From positions 4,750 through 68,749 of the forward strand of contig JBEKDR010000009.1 of the NCBI GenBank assembly GCA_050014255.1: a stretch of DNA of 64,000 nt, written 5' to 3'. The position numbers were made by a program, and so were the translations under genes. This document shows positions 8,625 through 19,406 of the stretch, piece by piece. Each line of letters opens with the position of its first letter. Positions within the stretch are counted from its first letter, which is position 1. This stretch comes from Bacteroidales bacterium. Lineage in GTDB: Bacteria; Bacteroidota; Bacteroidia; Bacteroidales; VadinHA17. Below the pieces are notes generated by a model. It worked only from the letters and a program-made list of their open reading frames with translations, did not search any database and was not told the origin of the DNA.

Positions 8625-10994
8625 TTATTTCCCGATTGTCTGGCTTTTACTATCACTCTCCACGTCTACCTTGTGGTCGAGTTTTTTGACATTCTTCCCC
8701 TTATTGAATTTATAGGAATAACTGAACTGGATAAAATTTGAGACGTTAAAACCGATAATGTTTTCTGAGGTAAAGGCAGGGGTCTCAGTTATGGTCTTCT
8801 GGAAATTTATATTTTTCGAAAAGGGCAGCAGCCAGAATATACCAAAGCTATGATCCTTGATTTGCTTCTGGGCCCCAATGCCATAAAAAGGAATACTGTA
8901 GGTTTTGCTCTGTGCATTCATATTTACACCATTGAAACTCAAGAAGACAAATGCAGTGGTTTTCTTATTTTTGTCAAGGGGCGCAAATGCATAGCTGGTT
9001 ATACTATAGGAGAAATAATCCAGACCGGGGATTGTAACTGTCTGTCCGGTATACTCATTGATATGTCCTTTATAAATCCTTGCATTAATATTTACATACC
9101 ATAGCATGGTATTAAGACCACCACCGGTTTCATAACCGCTGAGCAGGTTAAAAGGTTTTGTGAATGTTGTCAGGCTGCCGGTGATAGGCGAGATGACTAC
9201 CTGGTACTCATTCCCGACTTTATCGGTATAAAACTCTTTATACACATAAGGGGAGAAATAATTGCTGCCGAAGTTCCATGTATAGGTAAGTTGCAGACGG
9301 TCGCGATAATCAGGTCTGAGGTCAGGATTGCCCTGTGATACATCATAATTCTGTCCTATTTTATAATATGGATCCAGGTTATAGATTCCCGGGCGGTTAA
9401 TTCTGCGATTATAGGTGAATTTTAAGTTATGTGAAGCCGAAAATTTATATTGAATATTGGTGGACGGAAGGAAACATGTATAGTCTGGCGCAGCGACCGA
9501 ATCAGCCTTGATATGACTGTTTTCGATCCTGAGCATTGCCTGGAATCCGATTTTTTTCAGATTAAAGGTTATTCCACCATAAACTGAATTACGAAACTCG
9601 TTATATTTAAACATGTTATTTGCTTCCTGGTCATCAATAATAAAAAGATAGCTCATCTGCTGGTTATACAGCTGATATCCTGTTTCAATTTTTGCCGACA
9701 TCCCGAGAGGCTGTACATAATTCAATTTAACGGAGAAATACTTTCTCTGGCTTATATCATCCTCCAGCCGGGAATAAGAACTGATTTGTGTATCGGAGTC
9801 ATACAGATAACTTGTGTTGGAAAAATCATTCCCGGTAGTTGATTTAAACCAGTATAAGCTGGTCTCGGCTGTGAATTCCTGGACCGGCTTGTTAAATGTC
9901 TTTTTGTAAAACAGGGATGCTGATGTTTCGTCGCTGTGAACACTATTCGTGGAAAGCGATGCGACAGTATTAAGGGGAACACTGTTTTTATACAGGACTG
10001 TTTCACCGGGTATATTAATATCCTGATCAATTGGTTTATAACTGATATTAAAACTCAGGTTGTTTTTATCGTTAATATAATAATCGAACCCTGTATTAAC
10101 AGACGGACCGGTTACTTTTAACGCACCTTTTCCAGTCATGGTGGTGGTGGAATCGTTCATTATAAAATTGCTGGTATTCTTAGTATTGATATCCAGTCTC
10201 TGCAAAAAAGTGAAAGCAGTTATATAAAAAGTCACTTTACCCATAGCATAATCGACACTGCCGGTTACTGAAGCTGTCGGCTTATTAAAAGGCTTGATAC
10301 TAAGGCCTGCATTACCGTTCATGCCGTACCTCGCTTCTTTTTTCAGGATGATATTTATGACCCCGTCGATATTGCCTTCATATTTACCGGAAGGATTGCT
10401 TATAATTTCAACGCTTTGTATATCTGAAGGAAGAAGTTTGTTAAGAAATTCCCTGTCGCGTTGCCTTCCATCGACCTGGATAATGAAATTGCTGCTTCCG
10501 TTTAGTGTTATATTATTCTGAAAATCGACATTGACCTGCGGAATTTTCTTTAAGATATCATAACCGTTAGTCGAGCTTTTAGCTATGACTTCCGGAATGG
10601 CATAAAAAGTCCTGTCAACCAGCTCCTTCCCCTTTATCCGTTCAGCTGTGACTGTAACTTCATTTAAGCTGGCTGTTGTTTCAGATAAGTAAATGGTATC
10701 AACAACAATTTCACCCTGCCCGGCTTCAACTGATACTTTTTTCCCGCCAGTTTTATATCCCACGAAACTGACCCTCATAAAATAATTGCCCGATTTTACC
10801 TTTTCGAGCAAATAGCCCCCGTCTGTTAATGTTATGACGCCTGTGATCATGGCTGAATCAGGCAACTGAAGGAGAGCAACAGTAGCAAACTGCACTGGTT
10901 GTTTGTCTTTCTCGAAGCATACTTTTCCCCTGATATTCTGGGCCTGGGCAGAAATTGAGATTATCAGAAGTAAACAGAATATAATTTTTCTCAT
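8625..10994 (-). CDS. TonB-dependent-receptor-like outer-membrane beta-barrel protein with N-terminal carboxypeptidase-regulatory-like domain
   Basis: 789 aa with a signal peptide. CarbopepD_reg-like N-terminus (IRGKV..VALLQ..GYY), plug-like segment, long barrel and a terminal aromatic-rich strand. Confidence 0.8.
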   Translation of the reverse strand: MRKIIFCLLLIISISAQAQNIRGKVCFEKDKQPVQFATVALLQLPDSAMITGVITLTDGGYLLEKVKSGNYFMRVSFVGYKTGGKKVSVEAGQGEIVVDTIYLSETTASLNEVTVTAERIKGKELVDRTFYAIPEVIAKSSTNGYDILKKIPQVNVDFQNNITLNGSSNFIIQVDGRQRDREFLNKLLPSDIQSVEIISNPSGKYEGNIDGVINIILKKEARYGMNGNAGLSIKPFNKPTASVTGSVDYAMGKVTFYITAFTFLQRLDINTKNTSNFIMNDSTTTMTGKGALKVTGPSVNTGFDYYINDKNNLSFNISYKPIDQDINIPGETVLYKNSVPLNTVASLSTNSVHSDETSASLFYKKTFNKPVQEFTAETSLYWFKSTTGNDFSNTSYLYDSDTQISSYSRLEDDISQRKYFSVKLNYVQPLGMSAKIETGYQLYNQQMSYLFIIDDQEANNMFKYNEFRNSVYGGITFNLKKIGFQAMLRIENSHIKADSVAAPDYTCFLPSTNIQYKFSASHNLKFTYNRRINRPGIYNLDPYYKIGQNYDVSQGNPDLRPDYRDRLQLTYTWNFGSNYFSPYVYKEFYTDKVGNEYQVVISPITGSLTTFTKPFNLLSGYETGGGLNTMLWYVNINARIYKGHINEYTGQTVTIPGLDYFSYSITSYAFAPLDKNKKTTAFVFLSFNGVNMNAQSKTYSIPFYGIGAQKQIKDHSFGIFWLLPFSKNINFQKTITETPAFTSENIIGFNVSNFIQFSYSYKFNKGKNVKKLDHKVDVESDSKSQTIGK

Positions 10995-11011
10995 TTTATT
11001 ATTGTATCAAT

Positions 11012-11983
11012 TCACTGCTTTGCAACGACTTTCGATGTTCCATTAATATCCATTGGTATTTGCATACTAAATCCCGGACCACTGACTCCAAGATTTCCTG
11101 AAATATGCGTTTTGGCATTATCTTCAACTAAAAGACCGGTACGGGTATCAATAACCATATTTGATTTGCTTAATCCTTTTATATCATCATATGTAATTGT
11201 AGCACCACCTGATATCATAGGGCCTGCATTCTCGGCTGCCTTAATATTTGATTCGGCAGTAATATTTACAGCATTGCCATTTACTCCGTCCAGATGGTAA
11301 TCAGTTATAATATCCAGTGTCATTCCACCTGAATTTGTCCTGATGGTTACATTCCAAATATCGCCTGAGGATACCTGTTTTCCCGGCAAATAATGGGTAA
11401 ACACCTCAATCATGGTTTTTAATGTATTATCACTGACCATATTTTGTATCTGCGTTTTTACACCGGAGGCCATTGGACCTGTAAGGGCAATAGAACTGGT
11501 ATCTTTCATAATTGCATCAGACAACATTTTTGAATTCACAATTTCAAGTACTTTGCCAGTAAAATCCATCTTAATATAGAGGGCATTCTTACTTAACCGG
11601 TTCATGATGCACGACATGATATCAGCCATTTCCGTTGATTTGATATTGCCTTCGCTGACGGAACTCATATTGATCGTTTTTCCCATTGAATTTGTATTTG
11701 ATATAAGGGTATCAAAACGCACTTCAGCGATCATAAAATCGGCTGTAGCATCGACCATTTTTATTGAAACAGTTTGATTAGTTTTGGAATCGATGGCTTG
11801 CTGATTTCCATTTACCGTTTGTGTTACTGTCTGCTCCGAAGCAGAATTAAACCGATAAACTTTATTTTTCTCCAGGTTCATTTTAAGGTTTACACTGTTT
11901 TGTGCCATGAGCGAAACAGAAAACAAAACTGCGATACATGATAACAAAATCTTTTTCATCAGGTTAGTTTTAAATAGTTTCAT
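11012..11983 (-). CDS. hypothetical secreted protein
   Basis: 323 aa with a signal peptide (LFSVSLMAQ). T/S/N-rich beta-type sequence. Possibly DUF6263-like, from memory only. Confidence 0.5.
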   Translation of the reverse strand: MKLFKTNLMKKILLSCIAVLFSVSLMAQNSVNLKMNLEKNKVYRFNSASEQTVTQTVNGNQQAIDSKTNQTVSIKMVDATADFMIAEVRFDTLISNTNSMGKTINMSSVSEGNIKSTEMADIMSCIMNRLSKNALYIKMDFTGKVLEIVNSKMLSDAIMKDTSSIALTGPMASGVKTQIQNMVSDNTLKTMIEVFTHYLPGKQVSSGDIWNVTIRTNSGGMTLDIITDYHLDGVNGNAVNITAESNIKAAENAGPMISGGATITYDDIKGLSKSNMVIDTRTGLLVEDNAKTHISGNLGVSGPGFSMQIPMDINGTSKVVAKQ

Positions 11984-12085
11984 GAAAGATACACAAAAAT
12001 AAGGTTGTGACCGTGTCTAAAAAATGCTTTATCGGTAAATGGATGATTATTACGGATGAATGACAGATTTGGCTCTGCGGTTAAT

Positions 12086-12140
12086 AAGATAAAAGACAAA
12101 AGTCAAAAGATAAAAGTCAAAGACCACAAGACCGCAAGAC
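12086..12140. repeat. 7-8-nt-period degenerate tandem repeat (GATAAAA/GACAAAA/GTCAAAA ... GACCACAA/GACCGCAA)
   Basis: Read directly. Ends 7 nt from the OmpH-gene stop. Confidence 0.85.
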
Positions 12141-12146
12141 TTCTAA

Positions 12147-12662
12147 TTAAGGTTTTAAGATCTTTAGTACCAGCTGATTAATATTCTGGCTGTCTTTTGA
12201 AGTATATACCACCGATCCTTTGCTTACGTCAAGTATATAAGTAAAGCCGTTCTCGGCCGCGACTTTATCTATTGCTTTAAGTATTTTGTTCAGTATGGGT
12301 TGAATAAGATCAGAATTTCTTTTTTGCAGGTTGGCAGAAGCATTCTGTTCAAATTCCTGCAATCTTTTTTCTTTATCCAATAATTCAGATTCTTTATTCT
12401 TTTTCACAGGTTCTGTGTATGTCGATTGTTCTTTTTCATAATCATCCAGCATTTTGTTGTAAACAGCAGTCATATCATCATAAGTTGATTGCATCTCTTT
12501 TGTCTCTTTTTCAATTACAGCAGCGGCACTGTCTCTCTCAGGCATGGCAGCTAATATTTCCGCAATGTCTACGTGTCCGATTTTTAATGTGGTCTGCGAA
12601 AATGCAATTGTGGAAGTAGAAATTAATCCGGCTCCGCAAAGGATGATCATTAATCTTTTCAT
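12147..12662 (-). CDS. OmpH/Skp-family periplasmic chaperone
   Basis: 171 aa with a signal peptide. Long K/E/Q-rich coiled segment between short conserved ends (IGHVD.., FTYILD). Confidence 0.8.
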   Translation of the reverse strand: MKRLMIILCGAGLISTSTIAFSQTTLKIGHVDIAEILAAMPERDSAAAVIEKETKEMQSTYDDMTAVYNKMLDDYEKEQSTYTEPVKKNKESELLDKEKRLQEFEQNASANLQKRNSDLIQPILNKILKAIDKVAAENGFTYILDVSKGSVVYTSKDSQNINQLVLKILKP

Positions 12663-12697
12663 AGCATTGATTTTCTGTTTAGTAAGTTATTTTGAAG

Positions 12698-12780
12698 GAC
12701 TGCAAGACTGCAAAACTGCGCGATTATTTAAGTCGCACAGAAACACAGAGAATCACAGAGGCACAGAGTGCCACAGAGAA
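12698..12780. repeat. two adjacent short-period repeat blocks (GACTGCAA x3-like; CACAGAG x5-like)
   Basis: 12698-12721 and 12735-12780, read directly. Ends 5 nt from the DUF2723-gene stop. Confidence 0.85.
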
Positions 12781-12784
12781 ATCT

Positions 12785-15700
12785 CTACTTCCTGCCAGGT
12801 TGAGCCAATTTTACATATTTAGTATAGTAATTCTGGAGTTTATTAGTTATTTCATCTGCAAATTCTGTCTTTCCGCCAGCTTTACATGCATCTGCTGCCT
12901 GTGATGTAAATTGTATCGCAGACTGAATTTCATATCCTGCAGAAGCAATGATATCCGGTCTCTGCTTCAGGTAATAATCAAGCTTCTCAAAATAATAGCT
13001 GCTGAGGTTACGGGTAAGTTCAGTAGCCTTATCAATAGCTCCGGCATTAACATAAGCCTCAATTATATCAGGAACATACATATCATAAGAAATTTTTTCA
13101 ACAGGGAAGGTTGTCATGCAACAATCAAGCACACTTAAGGCTTTTTCATTCTTTCCTTCTGCCGAAAGAGCATTTGCAAGTTTTGCGTAATTATATCTTG
13201 CCTTGATAACCAGCAGGTTCCTCTTATGATTATAATCTATTTCAACTCCTTTCTCTTTAGCACCTCCCCATACAAACTTGGTCATCATATTATTATAAAG
13301 AATATCGGTATCGATCCGGCCATATTTCAACCAGCTTTTATTCTCGGACTTTATCGGAACAAGCCTGTATGCCAGTCCTTCGAGCTGAAAATACTCTTCA
13401 AGTCCCATAGCATCTTCATGGTAGCCGGTAACAAAATAAATCGGCCTTTTCCAGTCATTATGGGCCAGGATATCAAGAACAATCAGTGAGCTTTTCATTA
13501 TCGCGCTGCCTTTCAGCTTAATATCTATGTAAGGTACTATCTTATCTGCATCAGCGGGTTTTACAACACCTGCGGCAATAACTTTTGATGCATCAACAGG
13601 TATTCTGATAGTCCGCGAAGGAATATTGTCGAGTTCCTCAGTTTCTGAAATCTGTACTTTAGTCGCCTTGTTTTCACTTTTTATCCATTCAATAACTGTT
13701 GAAATATCTACCGGGTCCTTGCTTTTTTCAACAATATAGATCTGGTTATTTACTCCATCATAGTATTTCTTCTCAGGAAGTGTTATTGGCAGAGGGTCAG
13801 ATTCATGCGATTTAACTTTCATCTCATCAATATACCAGTCGGTGTTTAACAGCATCAGGTTACAGATCCTTATATCGGTTCTTTTTCCTTCGACCTCCTG
13901 CGCATACCATAAGGGAAAAGTGTCGTTATCTCCATTGGTAAACAGAATTGCATCAGGGGCGCACGAATTGAGATAATTGAAGGCGACATCCCTGGTTAGA
14001 TAACGGCCGGACCGGTCGTGATCATCCCAGTTCTGGGAACACATTATAACAGGCACGGCAAGGAAGCAGATCAATCCGGCAGCGGGCGCTGCAATTTTTT
14101 CTTTAACCACTCTGGCAAGCTGCTCAAACAGTGCAAGAACCCCGATACCTATCCAGATTGCAAAAAAGTAGAATGAACCGGCATAGGCATAATCACGTTC
14201 CCGGGGCTGATCAGGATACTGGTTCAGATACAAAACAATTGCCAGACCAGTCATTAAAAACAGCAAGAGAATAACCCACCAGTTCTTATTGTCATTCTTA
14301 AAATGATATACCAATCCTATTATCCCGAGTAAAAGGGGAAGCATGTAATAGACATTTCTTGAGGGGTCTTTTTTCATATCAGCCGGCATATCTGATGTAC
14401 CGATCCTGGGTTCATCAATAAAATTAATGCCGGTAATCCAGTTCCCGTTCACTGATCCTCCTGCTCCCTGAGTATCATTTTGTCTTCCCGAAAAATTCCA
14501 CATGAAATATCTGAAGTACATATAACCGATCTGATAAGAAAACATGAATCGCATATTCTCAATAAATGTTGGTTTACGGATTGTTTTGCTCTTGCCTGAC
14601 TCGTCAGTGACCTGTAATGGTATCCCTTTCATTTTTGACCAGGTCTGATATTCCTGGGCATGTTCACTCTCTGCGCTCCACATTCTTGGGAACAGGGTGA
14701 TGAATCGCGGATCATATTCTATCACAACATCATGACTGGTTATTTCGTACTTACCATTTACATAGTTGTACCTTGGCTTTCCATCCCTCGATCCAATCCT
14801 GGGGGCATTAAAATACTGACCCTTGAACAATGGTCTGTCTCCATACTGTTCGCGATTCAGAAAATATAAAAGATTAAACGGATCACTAGGGTTATTTTCA
14901 TTGAGCGGAGGATTTGCAGAAGCCCTTATTACTATGATTGCATTTGAAGAAAAACCTAACAGTATTACCATTACAATGGTGAGCGCTGTATTCAAAACAA
15001 CCTTACTCTTTCCTGAAATGATCCATACTGTAACAGCTAACAACACTATCATTAACAGGTTAAATACAGTTGATCCTGACAAGACCCATATTCCGCTCAG
15101 AAAAAATGCCCCGAAGGAGAGAATAGCAGTTTTTTTCAGGTTTGAGCCATCAATAGTTGATTTTATTGCCAGAACGAAAAATATTATAATGAGGGCCACA
15201 TGAAACAATACCCCGCTCAGGGCAGGAAGACCCAGACTATTCACGAAGAAAAGATCGAATTTTGAAGCAATTGTGACTACCCCCGGTCTGATCCCGTACA
15301 TCAGAAGCGCCAGGATAGTAACCGAGCTGACAACTGCTGTAATAAAACCTTTCCAGGAAAATTTAAATTTTCTGAAATAATATACAAGACCAATTGCAGG
15401 TATGGTCAGCAGGTTAAGAAGATGAACTTCTATGGCCAATCCAACCAGGAATGCTATCAGGATAATCCACCTGTCGGCATGCTTTTCATCTGCGACGTTC
15501 TCCCATTTTAGAATTGCCCAGAAAACAAGAGCGGTAAAAAATGCCGATGATGCAAAGACTATTGCTTCAACAGCAGAAAACCAGAAAGAATCTGAAAAAC
15601 AATATGCTATTGATCCGACAATGCCTGCAGCCATAACAGCCATAATCCTTCCCGAGGTGTATTGATTTTCATTCTTTATCATCATCTTTTTAGCAAGATG

Positions 15701-16003
15701 TGTTATGCTCCAGAAAAGAAACAGAACAGCGAATGCGCTTGCAAGAGCTGACATAGAGTTTACCATGGCTGCCACTTTCGAAACATTTCCTCCGGCAAAA
15801 AGTGTAAAAAACCTCGCCATGATCATGAATACGGGGTTTCCGGGGGGGTGTCCTACTTCAAGCCTGAATGCAGAAGATATAAATTCACTGCAGTCCCACA
15901 GACTTGTAGTCGGTTCAATTGTCTTTAAGTAGGTTATGGCGGCAACGGCAAATGCAACCCATCCAGTTATATTGTTTACCAGTTTGTAGTTTTTCTCTTG
16001 CAT
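12785..16003 (-). CDS. DUF2723-domain membrane protein (GT-C-type glycosyltransferase-like) with C-terminal TPR-like region
   Basis: 1072 aa. N-terminal half has many TM segments (PTTSLWDCSEFISSAF.. motif); C-terminal half is soluble. Confidence 0.75.
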   Translation of the reverse strand: MQEKNYKLVNNITGWVAFAVAAITYLKTIEPTTSLWDCSEFISSAFRLEVGHPPGNPVFMIMARFFTLFAGGNVSKVAAMVNSMSALASAFAVLFLFWSITHLAKKMMIKNENQYTSGRIMAVMAAGIVGSIAYCFSDSFWFSAVEAIVFASSAFFTALVFWAILKWENVADEKHADRWIILIAFLVGLAIEVHLLNLLTIPAIGLVYYFRKFKFSWKGFITAVVSSVTILALLMYGIRPGVVTIASKFDLFFVNSLGLPALSGVLFHVALIIIFFVLAIKSTIDGSNLKKTAILSFGAFFLSGIWVLSGSTVFNLLMIVLLAVTVWIISGKSKVVLNTALTIVMVILLGFSSNAIIVIRASANPPLNENNPSDPFNLLYFLNREQYGDRPLFKGQYFNAPRIGSRDGKPRYNYVNGKYEITSHDVVIEYDPRFITLFPRMWSAESEHAQEYQTWSKMKGIPLQVTDESGKSKTIRKPTFIENMRFMFSYQIGYMYFRYFMWNFSGRQNDTQGAGGSVNGNWITGINFIDEPRIGTSDMPADMKKDPSRNVYYMLPLLLGIIGLVYHFKNDNKNWWVILLLFLMTGLAIVLYLNQYPDQPRERDYAYAGSFYFFAIWIGIGVLALFEQLARVVKEKIAAPAAGLICFLAVPVIMCSQNWDDHDRSGRYLTRDVAFNYLNSCAPDAILFTNGDNDTFPLWYAQEVEGKRTDIRICNLMLLNTDWYIDEMKVKSHESDPLPITLPEKKYYDGVNNQIYIVEKSKDPVDISTVIEWIKSENKATKVQISETEELDNIPSRTIRIPVDASKVIAAGVVKPADADKIVPYIDIKLKGSAIMKSSLIVLDILAHNDWKRPIYFVTGYHEDAMGLEEYFQLEGLAYRLVPIKSENKSWLKYGRIDTDILYNNMMTKFVWGGAKEKGVEIDYNHKRNLLVIKARYNYAKLANALSAEGKNEKALSVLDCCMTTFPVEKISYDMYVPDIIEAYVNAGAIDKATELTRNLSSYYFEKLDYYLKQRPDIIASAGYEIQSAIQFTSQAADACKAGGKTEFADEITNKLQNYYTKYVKLAQPGRK

Positions 16004-16205
16004 TAATACCAGGTTATAAGTACGTATATAAATTAATTTATAAGATAACAGAACGAAATTAATGAATTTTTCGTACAGAATCAGTTGAATATATATTAAG
16101 CGAAATGTTTTAAGAAATATTTAACTATTAAAATTTTCATACACGACTCTCGTTATCTATTTTCACAATGATTTTTAAATCAGAAGTTAATTAAAATAAT
16201 TTCTT

Positions 16206-17132
16206 ATGGATATTGTTATTGAGAACCTTACAAAAAGATATGGAACTCAGAAAGCTGTTGACAATATCTCGCTCAAAGTAGCTACCGGCGAGATTTTGGG
16301 CTTTCTTGGACCAAACGGTGCAGGAAAAACGACTACAATGAAAATTATCACCAGTTTCATTGCAGCTGATGAAGGCAAAGTTTATATCGGCGGTAAATTG
16401 CTTGCTGATAATTATTATGAGCTTAAGAAACATATCGGATACTTATCTGAGAACAATCCTTTGTACCATGATATGGCTGTGATCGATTTTCTGAATTTCT
16501 GCGCCAAAATTCATGGTATTGAAAAAAGCCGGATCCCTGATCGGGTTACAGAAATGATACGGATAACCGGACTTAAAAGAGAAAAGCATAAAAAAATCGG
16601 GGAATTATCAAAAGGTTATCAGCAGCGCGTCGGGTTGGCCCAGGCAATAATTCATGATCCGGAAATTTTATTGCTCGATGAACCAACCTCGGGACTCGAT
16701 CCTAATCAGATTGTTGAAATCAGAAAATTGATCCGCGAACTGGGAAGTGAGAAAACTGTTATCCTGTGCACTCACATTCTTCCTGAAGTTGAGGCAACGT
16801 GCGACAGGATTTTCATAATTAACAAAGGAAAAATTGTTGCAGACGGTACGGCCGAATCGCTGCGAAATCAGTCAAAGGGCTCAGATATCATTAAAGTGAA
16901 AATTGAAGACGGGGAACCTGATCAGATATATAAGTCTATCAAGGCTCTGCGCTCGGTCTCAATGGTTGAACTGGCTGACCGTAATCTGAACCGGTTCGAT
17001 ATTCATTGCACTGACAAAAACGTTAAACGCGAAATATTCCGGCTTTGTGTCGAAAACAAATGGGTGCTTACCGAAATGACCCCATTTGAAACAAAACTTG
17101 AGGACATCTTCAGAGACTTAACAATGAATTAA
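16206..17132 (+). CDS. gldA: ABC transporter ATP-binding protein, GldA-type
   Basis: Walker A GPNGAGKTT, signature LSKGYQQRV, Walker B LLLDEP. Followed by GldF- and GldG-like genes. Confidence 0.75.
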   Translation: MDIVIENLTKRYGTQKAVDNISLKVATGEILGFLGPNGAGKTTTMKIITSFIAADEGKVYIGGKLLADNYYELKKHIGYLSENNPLYHDMAVIDFLNFCAKIHGIEKSRIPDRVTEMIRITGLKREKHKKIGELSKGYQQRVGLAQAIIHDPEILLLDEPTSGLDPNQIVEIRKLIRELGSEKTVILCTHILPEVEATCDRIFIINKGKIVADGTAESLRNQSKGSDIIKVKIEDGEPDQIYKSIKALRSVSMVELADRNLNRFDIHCTDKNVKREIFRLCVENKWVLTEMTPFETKLEDIFRDLTMN

Positions 17133-17142
17133 AACTTTAAAA

Positions 17143-17868
17143 ATGAAAACTATCTGGATAATTGCAAAACGGGAATTAAGTTCATTTTTTGATTCACTGA
17201 TAGCATTTATTATAATTATTCTTTTCCTGGGTTTCAGTGGATTTTTTACCTGGATATCAGGTGCTGACATTTTCATTACCGGACAAGCGAGTCTTCAATC
17301 TTTTTTCTCAATAGCTTACTGGACTCTGTTTTTCTTTATACCAGCTTTAACTATGCGTTTGATAGCTGAAGAAAAGAAAACAGGTACAATCGAGATGCTT
17401 CTTACAAAGGCCGTGACCGACCGGCAGGTAATTCTTGGTAAGTACCTTGCAGCACTTATTTTAATAGCGATTGCCCTTCTTTTTACTTTACCATGGGTAA
17501 TAACCATTTCAAAATTAGGTGATATCGATACAGGAGGTGTCATTTGCGGTTATGCGGCATTAATCCTTATGAGCGCGGCTTACACCAGCATTGGTCTGTT
17601 TGCAAGCAGTATTACCAATAATCAGATTGTAGCTTTCCTGTCAGCTTTATTCATTGGTTTATTCTTCCATTTCATTTTTGAAGTGATAGCCGCCGACATG
17701 AAGGGATTTTTAGGTCAGGTCATCAATTCATTGAGTGTCAATGTTCATTTCGAAAGTCTTTCGCGCGGAGTCGTCGACTCGAAAGACCTGGTTTATTTCG
17801 GATCGATCATTTTCCTGGGGTTGTTCCTTACCGAGGTGTCCCTTTCTAAACGTAATGCTTTCAACTAG
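17143..17868 (+). CDS. gldF: ABC-2 type permease, GldF-type
   Basis: 241 aa with 6 TM segments, immediately downstream of the gldA-like gene. Confidence 0.7.
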   Translation: MKTIWIIAKRELSSFFDSLIAFIIIILFLGFSGFFTWISGADIFITGQASLQSFFSIAYWTLFFFIPALTMRLIAEEKKTGTIEMLLTKAVTDRQVILGKYLAALILIAIALLFTLPWVITISKLGDIDTGGVICGYAALILMSAAYTSIGLFASSITNNQIVAFLSALFIGLFFHFIFEVIAADMKGFLGQVINSLSVNVHFESLSRGVVDSKDLVYFGSIIFLGLFLTEVSLSKRNAFN

Positions 17869-17891
17869 ACACCTGAAAATCTGAAGAAAAA

Positions 17892-19406
17892 ATGAAGAAA
17901 TCCGCAAAGATATCCACCACAATAATTCTGGTAGCAGTTATTGTGATCATAGTAAACATACTCGCTGAAAACTATAAATTCAGACTTGATCTTACTGAAG
18001 GTAAAGAATATACACTAAGCAAAGCAACGAGGGATATCCTGGATAATCTGGATAAACCTGTTACCATTACTGCTTATTTCTCTAAAAATCTTCCGCCTAA
18101 TATCGGAAATATATCGGGCGACCTTAAAGATATGCTGATCGAATATGGTGACAGATCGAAAGGCATGGTTGTGTACAAGTTTGTAAATCCAAACGAAAAT
18201 GATAAATCGGAACATGAAGCTATACAAAACGGTATCCGGCCAATTATGATAAATGTAAGGGAGAAGGACCAGGTAAAACAGCAAAAAGCTTTTATGGGAG
18301 CTACAGTTTCAATGGGAAAAGATAAGGAAAAAATACCTTTCTTCCAGCCTGGTTCGGCAATGGAATATGCGTTATCGACTGCCATTAAAAAACTCTCTGT
18401 AGTCGATAAACCTGCCATCGCATTGATACAGGGTCATGGTGAACCTTTCATAAGCGATATTATGCAGGTTTATACTGAATTAAGTGTTCTTTATAATGTC
18501 CAGTCATTAACGCTTACCGACACTACTGTTATTCCCGATAAGTTTAAAACGATTGCAATCATCAGACCCAAGGATACTATCCCTGCCTCACAATTATCAA
18601 TATTGGATAAATATCTTGCGAGAGGAGGGAATATCTTCCTGGCAGTGAACCGGGTAGCAGGAAACTTCAACAATGCTTCGGGAATATCCGTAAGTGTTGG
18701 AATGGAGGATTGGTTAAGAAATAAGGGAATTACAATAAGTGATAATTTTATTATTGATGCAAGTTGCGGCTATGTAACTGCCGTTCAGCAACAAGGCAAT
18801 TTCACAATGTCATCTCAGATCCAGTTTCCTTATCTGCCAGTGATTCATAAGTTTGCCGATAACCCTATTACCAGGGGTCTTGAATCGGTCAGTTTACAGT
18901 TTGCAAGTCCGATTACTTTTTCCGGAGACAGTTTGATAAAATTTACTCCCATTGCTTTCTCATCTGATGAATCGGGAAGTCAGAAAACACCTTTATATTT
19001 TGACATTCAGAAGAAATGGCAGAAAAGCGATTTCCCGTTGTCATCTCTGGTAGTGGCTGGTGTACTGGAAGGCAGGTTATCGGGTAATAATAACTCAAGG
19101 ATGGTTCTTGTTTCAAATGGGGACTTTGGAATCGGAAATCCAAAGGGAGGAAATCAGTTGCCGGCGGATAATATCAGTCTGCTGGTGAACTCTATTGATT
19201 GGTTATCGGATGATACAGGTTTAATTGATCTAAGGACCAAAGGGATTACTTCCCGGCCGATTAAACATCTGGAGGATGGTACAAAAGCATTTTTAAAATG
19301 GTTTAATTTTCTTGCGCCGGTTATTCTCATAATTATTTACGGGTTAATAAGGATGCAAATCAATCATAGGAAACGTATTAAAAGAATGGAGGTGGGCAAT
19401 GAGTAG
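17892..19406 (+). CDS. gldG: GldG-type ABC-transporter accessory protein
   Basis: 504 aa with N- and C-terminal TM anchors around a large soluble domain. Third gene of the gldA/F/G arrangement. Confidence 0.7.
   Translation: MKKSAKISTTIILVAVIVIIVNILAENYKFRLDLTEGKEYTLSKATRDILDNLDKPVTITAYFSKNLPPNIGNISGDLKDMLIEYGDRSKGMVVYKFVNPNENDKSEHEAIQNGIRPIMINVREKDQVKQQKAFMGATVSMGKDKEKIPFFQPGSAMEYALSTAIKKLSVVDKPAIALIQGHGEPFISDIMQVYTELSVLYNVQSLTLTDTTVIPDKFKTIAIIRPKDTIPASQLSILDKYLARGGNIFLAVNRVAGNFNNASGISVSVGMEDWLRNKGITISDNFIIDASCGYVTAVQQQGNFTMSSQIQFPYLPVIHKFADNPITRGLESVSLQFASPITFSGDSLIKFTPIAFSSDESGSQKTPLYFDIQKKWQKSDFPLSSLVVAGVLEGRLSGNNNSRMVLVSNGDFGIGNPKGGNQLPADNISLLVNSIDWLSDDTGLIDLRTKGITSRPIKHLEDGTKAFLKWFNFLAPVILIIIYGLIRMQINHRKRIKRMEVGNE

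Noticed and set aside
12544-12904. ORFs 12544..12822 and 12692..12904 (and 8533..8715) spanning intergenic repeats.
   Set aside because: Their translations are driven by the short-period repeats (for example ..TETQRITEAQSATEK..), and they overlap the ends of real genes.
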